Shown piece by piece: positions 41,390 to 43,093 of a stretch of DNA of 43,093 nt (position 1 is its first letter; each line of letters opens with the position of its first letter). The translations under genes were made by a program, and so were the position numbers. The notes beneath the pieces are model-generated. The model was not told the origin of the DNA. It did no database searches and saw nothing but the letters and a program-made list of their open reading frames with translations. The stretch is from a virus. The stretch is taken from IMG/VR virus record IMGVR_UViG_3300029811_000147, positions 1 through 43,093 of that record, one strand, 5' to 3'.

Positions 41390-41947
41390 ATGACAATTAA
41401 AACTTCTGCCAATGCCACAAATATCGAGCTTAGAAATCAGGGGATAATACATATATGCGGAGCAATCAAGGACGAAAAGATAGGAGAAACAATAAAAGAG
41501 CTTGTTTTTATGAACTTCTTTGAAAACATGAGCTTCAAAAACATTCAGATTATTCTGAATTCCTGTGGTGGAGAGTTGAATTCGGCGTTTATGCTGACGG
41601 ATTTTATTGAGTTTTCAAAAAAACCTGTTTATATAACAGGTTTGGGGATATGTGCATCGGCAGGAATATTGATTCTGTGCTCAGGAGTCGAGAATCATAG
41701 AATCATTACGAAGAATACCTCCCTTTTGAGTCATCAATATACATGGGGGATGGCAGGTGAAAAATATCACGACTTGGTTGCGAGCAGAAAAGAACAGGAC
41801 CTTACACATGAAAGAATGATAAACCATTACTTAAAACACAGCAATTTGAATCGAAACCAGATAAAAAAGATTTTACTGCCAGAAAGCGATGTCTGGCTGA
41901 CGCCCAAAGAAGCAAAAAAATACGGTCTTATCGATAAAATAGTTTAA
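41390..41947 (+). CDS. ClpP-family serine protease
   Basis: ILNSCGGELNSAFMLTDFI, GICASAGILI (Ser), LLSHQY (His), ESDVWLTPKEAKKYGLIDKI (Asp). RBS aaagga. Confidence 0.75.
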   Translation: MTIKTSANATNIELRNQGIIHICGAIKDEKIGETIKELVFMNFFENMSFKNIQIILNSCGGELNSAFMLTDFIEFSKKPVYITGLGICASAGILILCSGVENHRIITKNTSLLSHQYTWGMAGEKYHDLVASRKEQDLTHERMINHYLKHSNLNRNQIKKILLPESDVWLTPKEAKKYGLIDKIV

Positions 41948-42138
41948 TGAAGAGCAGGGACGCTAAGAAGATTAAGGGATTGAAATGCCCGCGGTGCGGC
42001 TGCAATGATTTCCGGACAGAGGATGGACGGCCCTGGGATACGGTAAAGACCGTTAATATATTTGGTGCGGTTCGGCGCTATAAAATATGCCGATATTGCG
42101 GCAAAAGAATAAGGACGAAAGAGGTGGTGGAAAAATGA
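41947..42138 (+). CDS. Zinc-ribbon protein (NrdR N-terminal or Ogr/Delta-like layout)
   Basis: CPRCGCNDFRTEDGRP...RRYKICRYCGKRIRTKE. Confidence 0.5.
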   Translation: MKSRDAKKIKGLKCPRCGCNDFRTEDGRPWDTVKTVNIFGAVRRYKICRYCGKRIRTKEVVEK

Positions 42139-42731
42139 AAAAACGATGCTCGAAATGTCATAAACATAAAGATTCAACGGAATTTTATAATTATCCACTT
42201 AACCGAGATGGTCTTAAGGGTCAATGTAAAGAATGCTGTAAGGCTTATTCTAAAGAATGGATAAAAAAAAACAAGGAGCATTATAAAAAATATCGACTTA
42301 GATACAGTAAAACAAAAAAAGCAAAAGCAATCAAGAAAAAGAGCAACATAAAATATCGAAGCACAAAACACGGCCGGAACATAGCAAGATTGGTATTTAA
42401 TAAATATCAGAAAACGGCGAAAGGTAAAGAGGCAACATTGCGCGCTACGTCTAAGAGACGAAGCATATTCAAAAATGAACAACAGGCTTTCACGTTAATT
42501 TTAGAACAATGGCTTCAGACCTTAAAATATTTCAAAAACAGATGTGCTTATTGCGGCAAAAAGAGCAAAAAGCTTGTTCATGAACATGTGATCCCATTGC
42601 AAAGAGGTGGATGGCATACGAGGGAAAATGTTATCCCGGCTTGCCAGAAGTGTAACCTTTTGAAGGGCAGAAAAATACCTTTCTTAGAGTGGGAGCCGCC
42701 AAAATATTTTAGAAAAATGTGCCGAAATTGA
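42135..42731 (+). CDS. HNH endonuclease
   Basis: ATGA overlap with the upstream gene. C-terminus CAYCGKKSKKLVHEHVIPLQRGGWHTRENVIPACQKCNLLKG. Confidence 0.8.
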   Translation: MKKRCSKCHKHKDSTEFYNYPLNRDGLKGQCKECCKAYSKEWIKKNKEHYKKYRLRYSKTKKAKAIKKKSNIKYRSTKHGRNIARLVFNKYQKTAKGKEATLRATSKRRSIFKNEQQAFTLILEQWLQTLKYFKNRCAYCGKKSKKLVHEHVIPLQRGGWHTRENVIPACQKCNLLKGRKIPFLEWEPPKYFRKMCRN

Positions 42732-42913
42732 AAATAGTTTCCTAAATGTAGCCATATTTAGTCTAAGTCACCGTTTTTTCCCATTTTTGCGTTGACATCA
42801 CGGGGGGGAAATTTCGATGATAGATAGTAAGCTCTTTTGTAGGTAAATATTGGATTTGAGTGAGGATTGGATAGCTACCAGTCCTGAATTAGCCAGAAAA
42901 GTAAAGCGCCGTG

Positions 42914-42956
42914 CGGGGCCGCATTCCCGCCCGGCGCTTCTTTTTTGGCAGTGAGA
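42914..42956 (+). terminator. Strong intrinsic terminator just upstream of the gpW-like gene
   Basis: agcgccg t gcggg gccgcatt cccgc c cggcgct followed by tctttttt. Confidence 0.7.
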
Positions 42957-43093
42957 AAAATTATGGCGGCTGATTACCAGGCGATAGTTGATGCGCTCGA
43001 TGCGGCGATCACGAGCTGGATAGGAAAACCGGTGTCGATAAACGTATCTGATTTTTCGATTACCTATCGCAGCCTCAAAGACCTTATAGACGC
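42953..43093. repeat. Second copy of the terminal overlap; contains a truncated duplicate of the gpW-like gene start at 42963
   Basis: Identical to 1-141. Confidence 0.95.

Overview
The window is a complete, circularly closed genome of a temperate tailed phage. Bases 1-141 repeat exactly at 42953-43093, giving a unit length of 42,952 bp. Nearly all genes are on the + strand.

Gene order:
- Head module: gpW-like protein, lambda-family portal, and a single polypeptide fusing an S78 prohead protease, two scaffold-like repeats and a Mu gpT-like major capsid protein. A DUF2190-type decoration protein follows.
- An AT-richer accessory island inside the structural module, carrying a GT-A glycosyltransferase and a LamG-fold protein.
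- Tail module: a tape-measure-like protein plus 940-aa and 799-aa proteins with CBM5/12-like motifs.
- Two minus-strand moron or immunity genes and an RHH-like regulator.
- A tyrosine integrase whose 3-prime end carries an attP core that looks like the 3-prime part of a tRNA.
- Early region: HTH replication initiator with iterons inside its own gene, a lipoprotein with unimolecular-spanin architecture, a ParB-like protein, a radical SAM protein, a 3-TM protein, a second short tyrosine recombinase next to 830 bp of repeat-rich non-coding DNA, an ASCH protein, and a duplicated small-gene module.
- A C5 cytosine methyltransferase interrupted by one in-frame TGA.
- Packaging: Nu1-like small terminase, GpA-family large terminase, then an AT-rich cassette (ClpP-like protease, zinc ribbon, HNH endonuclease).

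The most unusual signal is not protein-coding. The + strand operons are punctuated by three families of strand-specific intergenic repeats:
- (TTTTGAR)n heptamer arrays, placed directly after stop codons at 11 sites.
- A long compound hairpin built from AAATTCTGGGACAGTCA and TGACAGTCCCGAATTT arms, at 5-6 sites.
- (TTACCAG)n heptamer arrays at 2 sites, in inverted orientation to each other.
There is also a 50-nt hairpin element present as two inverted copies 24.7 kb apart.

All homology statements are motif recognition by eye. No searches or computations were run.
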